64,000 bases of DNA, taken from Clostridia bacterium (GTDB lineage: Bacteria > Bacillota > Clostridia > Oscillospirales > Acutalibacteraceae). Every line of letters begins with the position of its first letter. Positions within the stretch are counted from its first letter, which is position 1. Below are positions 1 through 9,960 of the stretch, one piece after another. The notes beneath the pieces were generated by a model, which had not been told where the DNA came from, searched no databases, and saw only the letters and a program-made list of their open reading frames with translations. The stretch is from positions 18,466 through 82,465 of the forward strand of contig JAFTWE010000006.1 of the NCBI GenBank assembly GCA_017465465.1, written 5' to 3'. The position numbers were made by a program, and so were the translations under genes.

Positions 1-215
1 AAAGCGGAGTGCAGAAATGTATTTTGCTCTCAAAAACAGATGAGCAGAATTATATCTATGTGGTAAGCGCCACAACAAATGTTAAAGACACCGTTTCGGC
101 TCTTAATTCAGCCCTCAACGGCAAGGGCGGCGGCAGAGATACTCACGCTCAGGGCAAGGTGTCTGCACCGAATGTTGACGAAGTAAAATCAGTAATTGAA
201 AATTTGCTTAAATAA
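1..215 (+). CDS. 3' end of a DHHA1-domain protein of the AlaS/AlaX (alanyl-tRNA synthetase or editing) type; 5' end lies outside the window
   Basis: Frame 3 is open from the window edge to TAA at 213-215. The tail ...LNGKGGGRDTHAQGK... resembles the GGGG(R/K)xxxAQ(A/G)G motif at AlaS/AlaX C-termini. A hairpin follows. Confidence 0.4.
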   Translation, partial: SGVQKCILLSKTDEQNYIYVVSATTNVKDTVSALNSALNGKGGGRDTHAQGKVSAPNVDEVKSVIENLLK

Positions 216-219
216 ACAG

Positions 220-253
220 TCCCTCTGTTACATTATCTTGAGTAACAGAGGGA
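220..253. terminator. Bidirectional hairpin between convergent genes
   Basis: 12-bp stem TCCCTCTGTTAC / GTAACAGAGGGA with a 10-nt loop, flanked by A/T-rich runs on both sides. Confidence 0.55.
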
Positions 254-259
254 TTATTA

Positions 260-1237
260 TTATTTCTTTTTATATGATGTGATGTTGAAATCTTTGATTT
301 CTATGGTGCAGTCATAATTTCCGTGAATCTCAAAGCCGATGTTTGTGCCGCCAATGTAAAAATCCTCAAGGCTGACTTCTTTGCCAAAAATATTGTCTTT
401 GTTGGCAAGCTTTATTGCCTTTTCAAGATGAGGTTTCAGATTCACTTTAACTGTTGTCCATTCTTCAGAAATATACGGTTTACCAAATCTGTAAAGTGAG
501 CGTGTTTTTAATCCGTAAGTATCTTTTGTGGAAAGGCAATATATCATATTTCCGCTGCCTTTGTCATAGGACCAGTTGGTGTCACTGTATCCTCTTGAGT
601 CAAACAGGTCAACACCAAACCAGATGAATTCATTTCCGCTGAGTCCCTGCAGATAAAAATAAGCAAGAAACTGAACGGCATTTACACCTTCAGGATTTGT
701 AGTATATTTGAAATCAGTCATTCTTATTTTTAAATCAAGTACAAATTCATCAGCGGTGCAAAAATAAAACTCTTTTTCTTCCTCCGTGAGTTTGCTGTAA
801 TCTGTCAGCGGCGCTTGTTCAAGAAGCAGGTGAGGCCAGCTTTCGTATGTTGCGGCAGAACCGTTGTAAACATTTGCCGCATTGAGCCGCATTGACACAG
901 AGCCTTCTTGCGGATTGTATGTAACTGTTTTGGTTGTTCCGTCGGTTATGGTGTATTCATCACTTTCAATTCTGTCTGCCCACAGGCAAGGCCCTGAGCT
1001 CCATTGGGCAATTGCCCATGACGGAACAGAGCTTTCATTACTATAGGTAAAGCTTCCGAGCTGCTGCGCCTGACCGTTGACGGTTTCTTGGCTTATTACA
1101 AAAAAGCCGTCTGAAAAGTCGTCATCACTGAAAAGTTCCATGGAGTCATACCTGTTCAGAGGCAGACAAAACAAGGAATTGAAAAGAAGATTTAGCATAA
1201 AAAAGAAAGATGCAATCTGCTGAAACATATCTGACAC
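260..1237 (-). CDS. Hypothetical protein with N-terminal hydrophobic anchor or signal; no family recognised
   Basis: 325-aa ORF. AAAGGA lies about 10 nt upstream of the ATG. The N-terminus IASFFFMLNLLFNSLFCLPL is hydrophobic. Codon usage is like its neighbours. Confidence 0.55.
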   Translation of the reverse strand: MSDMFQQIASFFFMLNLLFNSLFCLPLNRYDSMELFSDDDFSDGFFVISQETVNGQAQQLGSFTYSNESSVPSWAIAQWSSGPCLWADRIESDEYTITDGTTKTVTYNPQEGSVSMRLNAANVYNGSAATYESWPHLLLEQAPLTDYSKLTEEEKEFYFCTADEFVLDLKIRMTDFKYTTNPEGVNAVQFLAYFYLQGLSGNEFIWFGVDLFDSRGYSDTNWSYDKGSGNMIYCLSTKDTYGLKTRSLYRFGKPYISEEWTTVKVNLKPHLEKAIKLANKDNIFGKEVSLEDFYIGGTNIGFEIHGNYDCTIEIKDFNITSYKKK

Positions 1238-1427
1238 GTCCTTTATACCATTACTCTATGCATAGAATACAATATAAACGGTTATTTTTCAACTTTAATT
1301 TTAGAAACAAGTTTCTCTTTGTGCAAAACACCGATATTTTTCTTTAAACTTTATTAAATTGTTGCATTGAGAGTTTAACTCAATTTGTGCTAAAATTTAC
1401 CTAATGAATAATTGCGAGGTGCAGTTT

Positions 1428-3197
1428 ATGAAATTCAAAAAGTTTATAAGCATTTTTCTTGTGTTAGCTATGCTGATTTCAGTCGCTTCTGTTTCAGTTA
1501 TGGCAGACAGCTCTCACGTTGCAAAATACGACAGAGATACTCCTGTTGTAATTGTTCACGGTATGAGCCAGAATGACACTTATGTTCTTGATGAAAACGG
1601 TGAGCGCATTCCCGATGATACGGGCTATGTAACAGGCTGGCCGCTTGAAATTGACATAATGGCTTTGGTTAAGGTTGCGATTGTTCCGCTTATTATGTCT
1701 GTTTTCACACAGAAAGACTGCGGACTTACAGACGCATTCAGACAGGGCGCCTATGACGGACTCCCTTATATTCATAAGGATGCTCAGGGTAATTACATTG
1801 CTGATGTTGAGGTTCCTTGCTATGAATATCCTATGAGTGAAATGAGTGAAGAGCTCAAGGCTTACTATTATAACATTCTTCCTCTTCAGGACCTTAGCAA
1901 AATAGTTGGCGAAGAGAGCGTATATTATTTCGGTTACGATTCATTCGGCAGCGTTATGGGTGAAACAGAAAAGCTTCATCACTACATTCACGATGTTGTT
2001 CTTCCTCAGACAGGTGCAGACCAGGTTCGTCTTTGCCACATCAGCCTTGGCGGAACAATCGGTGTAAATTATCTTGAAACATATCCCGAAGATTATGATT
2101 TGATTAAGAAGATGGAATTTGTTGTTCCTGCTATTGACGGTTCTGATATTATCGGTGATATTCTCACGGGTAATCTCAGCGTGTTCTACAGTGATGATGT
2201 TCTTTACGGAGAGCTTCTCCCAACTTTGCTTGGTGACACATACCTTGCATATATTCTTAATATGGTTCTCAGAGTAATTCCTGACGATGTTCTCAAATCA
2301 GCTCTCGGCGGACTTGTTGAAGGTCTTATCAGCGCAGGAGTTCGTTCCACTACTCTTATCTGGGCGCTTTGTCCTACAGATTATTATGAAGAAGCAAGAG
2401 CAATGTGGCTTGAAGATGAAGAATATGCCGATATTGCCGCAGAAGTTGATTATTATATGAACGCAAGAGCAAACTTCCCCGAAAACATTGCAGCCCTGAA
2501 GGCTTCGGGCACAAAGGTGTTTGATATTGTTTGCCACGGCGGCGGAATGTTCCCTCTTTGCAAGGATTACAATGTAACCAACGGTGACGGAATTGTTCAT
2601 GCTGAGTCAGCTTCAATGGGCGCAACATTTGCAAATGTTGGTGAAACTCTCGGTGAAGGCTACAAAGCGGTTGGCACATATTGCTCTAATCCAAAGCACA
2701 ACCATATTTCACCTGATAACACAGTTGATGCCACTACAGGGCTTCTTCCCTGCACAACCTGGTATATCAGCCATCAGGCTCACGAAAAGCTCCCTCTTAA
2801 CGATGTTGCTTTGAAAATGGCATTTGAAATTATGTCTGATGATAATATGATTGATGTTTACTCAAATCCTGAGGAATATCCTCAGTTTAACGAAGGCAGA
2901 CTCACCAAGGAAGCTTATGAATATCTTGATGCTTGGGAAGAGGCTGACAAGTCAGCACTTACAGCAGAACAGATTGAAGCGGTTGAAAAGGCAGTTGCCG
3001 AGGTTAATAAGCAGCTTAACGAAACAATCGTAAGCAATGCCAACTGGAACGCTGCGGTTGAAGATTTGAGAGTTGCGCTTGTTAATGCAGAAATTATTGA
3101 AGATACTGCACCAACTGAAATTGAAAATATATTCACAACCATTACAAAATACCTTAACAAAGGCGTAAATGAAATATTTAAAATGGTGAATGCATAA
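1428..3197 (+). CDS. Secreted alpha/beta-hydrolase, lipase/esterase-like (paralog of 11569-13485)
   Basis: GAGGTG lies 7 nt before ATG 1428. Signal peptide MKFKKFISIFLVLAMLISVASVSVMA. Oxyanion-like VVIVHGM and nucleophile-elbow-like HISLGG motifs are present. Confidence 0.65.
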   Translation: MKFKKFISIFLVLAMLISVASVSVMADSSHVAKYDRDTPVVIVHGMSQNDTYVLDENGERIPDDTGYVTGWPLEIDIMALVKVAIVPLIMSVFTQKDCGLTDAFRQGAYDGLPYIHKDAQGNYIADVEVPCYEYPMSEMSEELKAYYYNILPLQDLSKIVGEESVYYFGYDSFGSVMGETEKLHHYIHDVVLPQTGADQVRLCHISLGGTIGVNYLETYPEDYDLIKKMEFVVPAIDGSDIIGDILTGNLSVFYSDDVLYGELLPTLLGDTYLAYILNMVLRVIPDDVLKSALGGLVEGLISAGVRSTTLIWALCPTDYYEEARAMWLEDEEYADIAAEVDYYMNARANFPENIAALKASGTKVFDIVCHGGGMFPLCKDYNVTNGDGIVHAESASMGATFANVGETLGEGYKAVGTYCSNPKHNHISPDNTVDATTGLLPCTTWYISHQAHEKLPLNDVALKMAFEIMSDDNMIDVYSNPEEYPQFNEGRLTKEAYEYLDAWEEADKSALTAEQIEAVEKAVAEVNKQLNETIVSNANWNAAVEDLRVALVNAEIIEDTAPTEIENIFTTITKYLNKGVNEIFKMVNA

Positions 3198-3204
3198 TGA
3201 AAAG

Positions 3205-3238
3205 CCCTCTGTTCCAAGCGGACAGAGGGTTGCTTTTT
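3205..3238 (+). terminator. Intrinsic terminator of the lipase-like gene
   Basis: CCCTCTGT / ACAGAGGG stem followed by TTGCTTTTT. Confidence 0.7.
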
Positions 3239-3341
3239 AAGAAAATTAAACAATTATACCATAAATTTTAAAAATAACTGTTGATTTTTAGTTATATTTA
3301 ATATAAAATGATAGTAGAAAGTTAATGAAGGAGGTATCCGT

Positions 3342-3947
3342 ATGAAAAAGATTATTACTATCAGCCGTGAATTTGGTTCGGGAGGCAGAAGTATCGGCAA
3401 AGAAGTTGCCAACCGCCTCGGCTACAAGTATTATGATAAAGAGCTTGTAAAGCATGTGGCGGCTGAAACAGGTTTTGCTCCGCAATATATTGAGGAGCAG
3501 GGGGAATATGCCCCGGGTAAGCACAAGTTTGCTTATGCTTTCACAGCGCCGGGTACTCCCGGAATTATGGATGGACTGTCTGCTTCTGACTTTTTGTGGA
3601 ACATTCAGCGCAGAGTTATTTTAAAGCTTGCTGACGAAGAGCCTTGCGTTATTGTCGGACGCTGTGCGGACTACATTTTAAAAGACCGTGAAGACTGTCT
3701 CAATATCTTTGTTCACGCCGATAAGCAGTATCGTGCTGAAAGAATTGTCCGCCTTTACGGTGAAAGTGAAAAGAAACCCGTAAAACGCCTTGATGAAAAG
3801 GATAAAAAGCGTAAGGTTAATTACGAGCATTATGCAGGCAGAGAATGGGGCAATCCGCGCAATTACCACCTTTGCCTCGACAGCGGACTTTTAGGTCAGG
3901 ATGTTTGTGTTGAAACAATCATTGCCCTTGCAACAAGAGAAGATTAA
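3342..3947 (+). CDS. Cytidylate kinase-like family protein (P-loop NTPase)
   Basis: GAAGGAGG RBS. The N-terminus MKKIITISREFGSGGRSIGKEVANRLGYKYYDKELV is typical of the cytidylate-kinase-2-like family. Confidence 0.6.
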   Translation: MKKIITISREFGSGGRSIGKEVANRLGYKYYDKELVKHVAAETGFAPQYIEEQGEYAPGKHKFAYAFTAPGTPGIMDGLSASDFLWNIQRRVILKLADEEPCVIVGRCADYILKDREDCLNIFVHADKQYRAERIVRLYGESEKKPVKRLDEKDKKRKVNYEHYAGREWGNPRNYHLCLDSGLLGQDVCVETIIALATRED

Positions 3948-3953
3948 AAAATT

Positions 3954-3979
3954 ACGGCTTGAGGTTATCCTCAAGCCGT
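3954..3979. terminator. Bidirectional hairpin terminator
   Basis: ACGGCTTGAGG TTAT CCTCAAGCCGT, with A-run upstream and T-run downstream, between convergent genes. Confidence 0.6.
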
Positions 3980-3986
3980 TTTGTTG

Positions 3987-6059
3987 TCAGCCGTTGATTA
4001 TTGTCAGCTTGTGTAATGCTCTTGTAGTTGCCATATACAAATATGGATTATTTTCATCTCCAAAGAATTCATCATTTTCGCTGACGATAATAACATTGTC
4101 AAATTCAAGCCCCTTTGTGTAAACAACGGGCATAATTGCCGCCTTGTTGCCAAAGATTTTGTCCTTATCGTCGTAAAGCTCAATATCGGTGTCCAAAATC
4201 AGTTCGTTATAAATTTTTCTTGCCGTAGGTGATGTTTTTGTAATAACACAAACAGAGCCCTCGGCATTTTTAATTGCTGATTTAATGTCGCTGAAAATAT
4301 CTTTGCTTTCAATAATTATCGGTTCTTCGCCGTCACGCTCAAAGGTTTCATAATCGGGAGAAGGCAAAAGCTTCATTGCAAAGGAGCTTATCTGCTTTGT
4401 TGAACGGTAGCTTTTCTGAAGCCTTAAAATTTCTGCAGAATAAAGCTCCGCCAGCTCATTTACATCAGAGGAATTGATTGCAGGCACAATAGCCTGGTTT
4501 GAGTCAGTGAGAATTGTAAAGCGAGCCTTTGGATAAAGGTGCCTGATGATTCTGTGCTGAAGAATTGAAAAATCCTGAGCCTCGTCAATGAGCACATGGC
4601 GCACCTTGCTCTTCTGGTGCATTTTACCAAGCAGACAGCGGATAAACAAAACAATCATCGCATCCTCAAATTTGATGCTGCCGTTGCCGATGTCTTTTCT
4701 GTATTGCTTTGTAACAGCTTTATCGCCGTAGGCTTCATATATTTTGCCTAAAAGTGAGTAGTCATCAATGTTCAGCTCATTGCCAAGCTTGTTTCTTGAT
4801 TCCTGCTTGATGCGCTTTTTCATTGCCTCAATGCAGTCACCGGTGTCGTCGAGAATACTGCTTTGCTCGTCAGCAATCTCATAAAGCTTTTCATAATTTT
4901 CAGAAAAATATTTGTTGATTTTATCATTCGCAAAGTCAGAAATCAAGTTAAGCTTATTGTTAAATGTGGTGGTTTTCGGGCGAGATTTAAGATAAGCCGA
5001 AATCTCTTCGCCGCTGTAAACAAGGTCGCCGTAAAGTGAAAAATCTGAGAATTTAAAGCAGTAATTTTTGATGTAGCTTTCAACAAAAGAAATAAATTCA
5101 GGTGAATTTTTAATTTTTGCGGCTTCTTCGCGGCCGTTTTCTTTTGAAATTATAGCTTCTGCCTGCTCGTAATAATCCTTTGCTCTCATTCCGTTTCTGA
5201 GAAGGGCGTAGAAATTAAAATCCTTAATCGGTGCTTCACCCAGCTCGGGAATGATGTCGGAAACATAGCTTGCAAAAATATCACTGCCTGTAAACATAAC
5301 AACCTCTGCCGATGAAAGATTGTGCCTGTAGCGGTAGAGAAGATATGCAATTCTGTGGAAGCCAACTGAAGTTTTACCTGAGCCTGCAGGTCCGCTGATA
5401 ATAAGATTTTGGTCTCCGCCAAAGCGGATAGCCTTGTTTTGCTCTTTCTGAATACTGTTTACAATGACCTTGAGCCTGTCTGTTGAGGTTTCACTCAAAG
5501 CCTGCTGTAAGATGTAGTCATCAATCTTAATGTCGCTGTCAAAGCAGTAAATCAGCTCACCGTTTTCAAATTTATACTGACGCTTTCTTTCAATTTCACC
5601 CTCAATTCTGCCTGAGGGAGCTTCATAAAAAGCCTTGCCGTCAAATTCTTCATAAAAAAGACCTGCAACAGGAGCGCGCCAGTCATAAACATAAGGCGAA
5701 ATCTCTTTTTCGTCAAAAAGGCTTTTTAAACCAATATAAAATTCTTCGGTAGGGTAGTCGTCCTCTTTAAAATCAATTCTTGCAAAATACGGGTGATTTT
5801 TAAGCCCCTGCAAAAAGTATGCGTCCTGCTTGGCGGTTTCACTTCTGAGCATTTTTCTTTCAATGCTGTAGTGAAGCTCGGTTAAAGCGGTTGAGCCGTA
5901 AACAGCCTGATACGGGTCATCCTGAGCGAACTTCTGACCCTCTTTTATAATCGTTTCTTCAAGCTCAGCAGAAAGATTGTTGAGCTTCACAATTTCTCTG
6001 TCCATAAAATCACGGACAGTTTCTAAATAATCAAGCTCTTCTTTTTCGATTTTAGCCAT
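3987..6059 (-). CDS. helD: UvrD-like ATP-dependent helicase of the HelD / helicase IV type
   Basis: 690 aa. Walker A ISGPAGSGKTSVGFHRIAYLLY, DEAQD box (LIDEAQDFS) and a C-terminal UvrD-C-like GLEFD motif. GAGGGGA RBS. Confidence 0.7.
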   Translation of the reverse strand: MAKIEKEELDYLETVRDFMDREIVKLNNLSAELEETIIKEGQKFAQDDPYQAVYGSTALTELHYSIERKMLRSETAKQDAYFLQGLKNHPYFARIDFKEDDYPTEEFYIGLKSLFDEKEISPYVYDWRAPVAGLFYEEFDGKAFYEAPSGRIEGEIERKRQYKFENGELIYCFDSDIKIDDYILQQALSETSTDRLKVIVNSIQKEQNKAIRFGGDQNLIISGPAGSGKTSVGFHRIAYLLYRYRHNLSSAEVVMFTGSDIFASYVSDIIPELGEAPIKDFNFYALLRNGMRAKDYYEQAEAIISKENGREEAAKIKNSPEFISFVESYIKNYCFKFSDFSLYGDLVYSGEEISAYLKSRPKTTTFNNKLNLISDFANDKINKYFSENYEKLYEIADEQSSILDDTGDCIEAMKKRIKQESRNKLGNELNIDDYSLLGKIYEAYGDKAVTKQYRKDIGNGSIKFEDAMIVLFIRCLLGKMHQKSKVRHVLIDEAQDFSILQHRIIRHLYPKARFTILTDSNQAIVPAINSSDVNELAELYSAEILRLQKSYRSTKQISSFAMKLLPSPDYETFERDGEEPIIIESKDIFSDIKSAIKNAEGSVCVITKTSPTARKIYNELILDTDIELYDDKDKIFGNKAAIMPVVYTKGLEFDNVIIVSENDEFFGDENNPYLYMATTRALHKLTIING

Positions 6060-6110
6060 ACAATCCCCTCACTAAAACAGATATCTTCTTATTATTACAC
6101 ATATTTTATA

Positions 6111-6145
6111 AAAAAACAAGTGCGAAAAGCTTTTGCCTTTCGCAC
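6111..6145 (-). terminator. Intrinsic terminator after the GtrA-family gene
   Basis: On the minus strand, a GTGCGAAA..TTTCGCAC stem is followed by TTGTTTTTTT. Confidence 0.6.
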
Positions 6146-6151
6146 CGATGA

Positions 6152-6577
6152 TTATTTGTTATCTTCTTTCTTGGCTATGTCGTTTGTGTCAATGGAGTTT
6201 CTGAAAACCACAAACTTCTGATAAAGGTATTCACTTGAAAGGTTAATTGCCATTGTGAAAGCCAGAACGGCGTATTCGTTCCAATGCCAATCCTCTGCCA
6301 AAAAATCGCCCCACCAGGTTGAAAGGGGAGTAAACACCGCATAAAAAGCCGCAACCTTAAGCATGGCAACAGGTACATTGCTTGCGGATTTAAAAGTGAA
6401 CTTTCTGTTGACAGTGAAATTAAATAAAACCGAAAGCACCAATGCCGGCAAATAAGCGTACCAATATTTGTCTGTTACAAATTCATTCAAAAGGGTAAAG
6501 GTTACTGTCTGAATAATGCCTGCGCTTGCAGAAAAAAGCGCAAACTTAAGCGTTCTGATAAGCTCTTTCTTTTTCAT
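6152..6577 (-). CDS. GtrA-family membrane protein
   Basis: 141 aa with four hydrophobic segments. The start KFALFSASAGIIQTVTFTLLNEF and the NRKFTF motif are typical of GtrA-like proteins. Confidence 0.65.
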   Translation of the reverse strand: MKKKELIRTLKFALFSASAGIIQTVTFTLLNEFVTDKYWYAYLPALVLSVLFNFTVNRKFTFKSASNVPVAMLKVAAFYAVFTPLSTWWGDFLAEDWHWNEYAVLAFTMAINLSSEYLYQKFVVFRNSIDTNDIAKKEDNK

Positions 6578-6659
6578 AAAATCAAACCCTTTCGTCGTTG
6601 ATATGTCTAAATTATATCTTTTTAAAATTTGTGTGTCAATATTTACTTTCAGCTCTCTA

Positions 6660-6688
6660 TTGGAAAAATCATTTTTAAATGCTATAAT
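6660..6688 (+). promoter_or_regulatory. Sigma-A-type promoter candidate for the two-component operon
   Basis: TTGGAA - 17 nt - TATAAT, about 95 nt upstream of the response-regulator start. Confidence 0.45.
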
Positions 6689-6785
6689 GATTTTGTAACT
6701 TTATCTTTTCTTTATAATTCGTGAATTTCTTTTTAAAAATTGAGTGTTTTAATATATATGCAGGGACCTGAGAAGGAGGATGTTT

Positions 6786-7475
6786 ATGTACCGCGTGCTT
6801 GTTTGCGACGATGACAGAGCCATTGTGGATTCTATCGAAATTTACCTGAAGCTTGAGGGCTATGAGGTGCTTAAGGCCTATGACGGAATTGAAGCCATTG
6901 AAACCGTCAGAAAAGAGCAGATTCATTGTATGATTCTCGATGTTATGATGCCGAAGCTTGACGGGCTTATGACAGCTCATAAATTAAGAGATACATATAA
7001 CTTCCCCATAATTATGCTCTCAGCCAAAAGTGAAGATACCGATAAAATTATGGGTCTTGATTTTGGCGCAGACGATTATGTAACAAAGCCCTTTAACCCG
7101 TTGGAGCTTATGGCTCGCGTAAAATCTCAGATTCGCCGTTATGCAATGCTCGGAAGTCTGCAGATTAAAGAAACCCAGCTTGTCACAGGGGGAATTACCC
7201 TTGACACCGACACTAAGGAGGTAACCGTTGACGGTGAACCGATTAAACTCACCGCAAGGGAATACGGCATCCTTGAATTTATGATGAAAAATACAGGCAA
7301 GGTGCTTTCAAGTGCGCAGATTTATGAGGCTGTGTGGAACGAGCCTGCCTACAGTGTTGAAAGAACGGTTACGGTGCATATTAAAAACATCCGCAGTAAA
7401 ATTGAAATCAACCCAAAGGACCCTCAATATTTAAAGGTGGTGTACGGTCTTGGCTACAAAATGGAAAAAATCTAA
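6786..7475 (+). CDS. OmpR-family response regulator
   Basis: AAGGAGG lies 6 nt before ATG 6786; the ATG at 6780 is too close to the RBS. Receiver motifs VLVCDDD, ILDVMMPKLDG and KPF are present, with a winged-helix C-terminus (LTAREYGILEFM...YGLGYK). Confidence 0.85.
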   Translation: MYRVLVCDDDRAIVDSIEIYLKLEGYEVLKAYDGIEAIETVRKEQIHCMILDVMMPKLDGLMTAHKLRDTYNFPIIMLSAKSEDTDKIMGLDFGADDYVTKPFNPLELMARVKSQIRRYAMLGSLQIKETQLVTGGITLDTDTKEVTVDGEPIKLTAREYGILEFMMKNTGKVLSSAQIYEAVWNEPAYSVERTVTVHIKNIRSKIEINPKDPQYLKVVYGLGYKMEKI

Positions 7476-9960
7476 AGCGGTCAAACTTATCAGCTCCTTG
7501 CTGATGGTTGTAATGGCGTTTGTTCTTGCTTTTTCAACTCTACAATGTGCATTTACTTTGCATTATGCAACCGATGGAGATGTTGTTGGAGATTTTGCTG
7601 ATTTGATGAAAAACGGAAAGCCCTCATTCTTCGCCTGTCCTGTTTTTCAAAATCATGTGATAAATCAGATTTCACGGGTAGATAATCTTTTTAATGACCC
7701 TGAGCAGTACCGAAAAGAGCTTGAATCAGTTAAAGAAAGCAAGGTGCAGGAAATTGTTTCTGCCTATGCTTCACAAAAGGCTGATATTATAAAAAAAGAG
7801 CTTGAATATATTGCTCAGAATTATGAGCGTCAGGAAGACGGTGAATCTATTTATAACGAAAACGGATACAGCGAAATTCTTGATTCTCAGATTCCCGAGG
7901 TTCCTTACGAAAATCAGAAATATATTGTTGACCCCTATGCTTCCAAAACGGTGCAGATGGTGCAGAAAATTCTCAATTACGCTGAGGGAACTGAATTTTT
8001 AAAGTATGCCTCAATTGTCCGTTATGAATCTTTTAACGAAAGTGAATTTTCTTATGACACTCAATTGGGTTATTACTTCCATTGTTGTGATTATACTGAT
8101 ACTGTGGAAGAAATTGAATCCCAGGCAACAGTAAGCATTAACAGTTACATTCAAACAGAGTATGACACATATAAAGGTGATTTACAGTACAACAAAGAGA
8201 CTGTTAAGAACTTTGCCAACTTAAAGTATTATGTTAAAAAGGGTGATACGGTTTACACTAATATGCAATCACCTGAAAACGAGCTTGCCTTAATTAAAAC
8301 ACAACAGTTTTATCTTGTAAAAGAAAATGATGAAATGCTTCTTAATGCAGGTACATATTATCACGACGACCTGTGGATTTATGAAGTTAATGATTACAAA
8401 AATATGTATAAAGGCTTTGATGAGGCTGCATTTTATATCGGTGAAGATATTGTTATAAACGGCGAGGACCAAATCGGTGAATTATACAAGGGCTATTTAA
8501 GCCTGCCCGATGAGTTTGATTTCACTTTCTTTTGTGCCGTGGTATCGTTGATTTCACTTATTTTCCTTTGCGTTATAGTTTTCTCTTGCGCAGGGCACAA
8601 AAAGAGTGCCGACGGATGTACAATGACGGTAATTGATAAATTACCTGCCGATATTCACCTTGCTTTGTCGGGTGGTGCAATTTTTGGCGTTGCTTGCCTT
8701 GTTATAGTTGTTTTGCAGGAGTGGTGGTATTTTCCTGAAATTGGATTTACAGTATTTATCTCAGCTTGCTTTGCAGTAGCGTTTGCTCTTTTAATTGAAT
8801 TCGTTACAAGCATTGTACGAATCAAAAAAGCAAAACAAAAAATCTTAAGAAACTGTATAATCATTAAGCTGATTATGTTTATTTCCAAAGGCATTGCAAA
8901 ATTCTTTAAGTGGATTTTCGGCGGAGTGAGAAAAACATTCTTTGCCTACAAAATGAAGCACCTTCAAAAGAAGTTTATCCTCTTTGCTGTGCTGTGGGTT
9001 TTAATCAACATTGGAATGATTGTTTTTATCGGTATAGATATGTTTGGTTATGACGGAATATTTGGAATTATTTCTGCTTTACTTTTGCTTGTGTTTGACG
9101 GTGCAACAATATTCTTTGTGTCAAAATATATGAACACTCTTGATAAAATTATCGTTGCCGCCACCGAGCACACAAGCGCCAATCTTTACGGTGAGCGTCT
9201 GCCGCAATCGCTGACAACGCTTAACGAGAGCCTTAAAATCACCAAAGCAGAAATGGACGAGGCTGTGGCTCAGGCTGTTAAAAATGAGCGCACCAAAACC
9301 GAACTTATCACCAATGTTTCTCACGATTTAAAAACACCGCTCACATCAATTATTTCTTATGTTGATTTGCTCAAAAAGTGTGACATCAAGGATGAAGAAG
9401 CATTAAAATATATTGATGTTTTGTCAGACAAATCACTCAATCTCAAAAGCCTTATTGAAAACCTCATTGAAGCCTCAAAAGCATCAACAGGGAATATTAA
9501 AATCAACAAGGTTTATCTCAATCTCAAGGAGCTTTCGGCTCAGGCGATAGGTGAGTTCCAGTCAGATTTTGATGCCCGTGATTTGGAGCTTCGCTTTAAA
9601 GAGGATTGCGACGATGTGAGAGTGTTTGCAGACGGTCCTCATACCTACCGAGTGCTTGAAAATCTTTTGTCCAACGCAAAAAAATACTCTGCGAAGGGCA
9701 CAAGAGTTTATGCCTCAATTCGCAGAGAAGGTAACTTTGGTGTATTTGAACTTAAAAATATTTCAAAAGACCCTCTTAATATTTCACCTGATGAGCTTAC
9801 GGAACGCTTTGTCAGGGGTGATGCCTCACGAGGAAGCGAAGAGGGTAACGGACTCGGACTTTCCATTGCCAAACAGCTTTGCTCACTTCAGGGAGGAGAG
9901 CTGAAGCTCTCAATCGACGGAGATTTGTTTAAGGCAACGGTTTATTTACCCATAAACTAA
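7450..9960 (+). CDS. Sensor histidine kinase with a large extracytoplasmic domain and a multi-TM block
   Basis: 836 aa; AAGGTGGTG RBS; overlaps the regulator gene by 26 nt. It has an N-terminal TM, an extracellular region of about 330 aa and several further TMs. H-box SHDLKTPLTSI and G-box GNGLGLSIAKQL are present. Confidence 0.85.
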   Translation: MATKWKKSKAVKLISSLLMVVMAFVLAFSTLQCAFTLHYATDGDVVGDFADLMKNGKPSFFACPVFQNHVINQISRVDNLFNDPEQYRKELESVKESKVQEIVSAYASQKADIIKKELEYIAQNYERQEDGESIYNENGYSEILDSQIPEVPYENQKYIVDPYASKTVQMVQKILNYAEGTEFLKYASIVRYESFNESEFSYDTQLGYYFHCCDYTDTVEEIESQATVSINSYIQTEYDTYKGDLQYNKETVKNFANLKYYVKKGDTVYTNMQSPENELALIKTQQFYLVKENDEMLLNAGTYYHDDLWIYEVNDYKNMYKGFDEAAFYIGEDIVINGEDQIGELYKGYLSLPDEFDFTFFCAVVSLISLIFLCVIVFSCAGHKKSADGCTMTVIDKLPADIHLALSGGAIFGVACLVIVVLQEWWYFPEIGFTVFISACFAVAFALLIEFVTSIVRIKKAKQKILRNCIIIKLIMFISKGIAKFFKWIFGGVRKTFFAYKMKHLQKKFILFAVLWVLINIGMIVFIGIDMFGYDGIFGIISALLLLVFDGATIFFVSKYMNTLDKIIVAATEHTSANLYGERLPQSLTTLNESLKITKAEMDEAVAQAVKNERTKTELITNVSHDLKTPLTSIISYVDLLKKCDIKDEEALKYIDVLSDKSLNLKSLIENLIEASKASTGNIKINKVYLNLKELSAQAIGEFQSDFDARDLELRFKEDCDDVRVFADGPHTYRVLENLLSNAKKYSAKGTRVYASIRREGNFGVFELKNISKDPLNISPDELTERFVRGDASRGSEEGNGLGLSIAKQLCSLQGGELKLSIDGDLFKATVYLPIN

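Noticed and set aside
220-3229. Hairpins at 220-253 and 3205-3229 share the stem CCCTCTGT/ACAGAGGG; I considered them as terminal repeats of an inserted two-gene cassette
   Set aside because: Each is self-complementary and sits exactly after a stop codon with a T-run, so they behave as ordinary terminators. An 8-nt similarity is too short to argue for a mobile cassette without further evidence.
7450-7475. 26-nt overlap between the response-regulator and kinase genes, considered as a programmed frameshift or fusion
   Set aside because: The kinase has its own AAGGTGGTG RBS and ATG inside the overlap. Ordinary translational coupling is sufficient.
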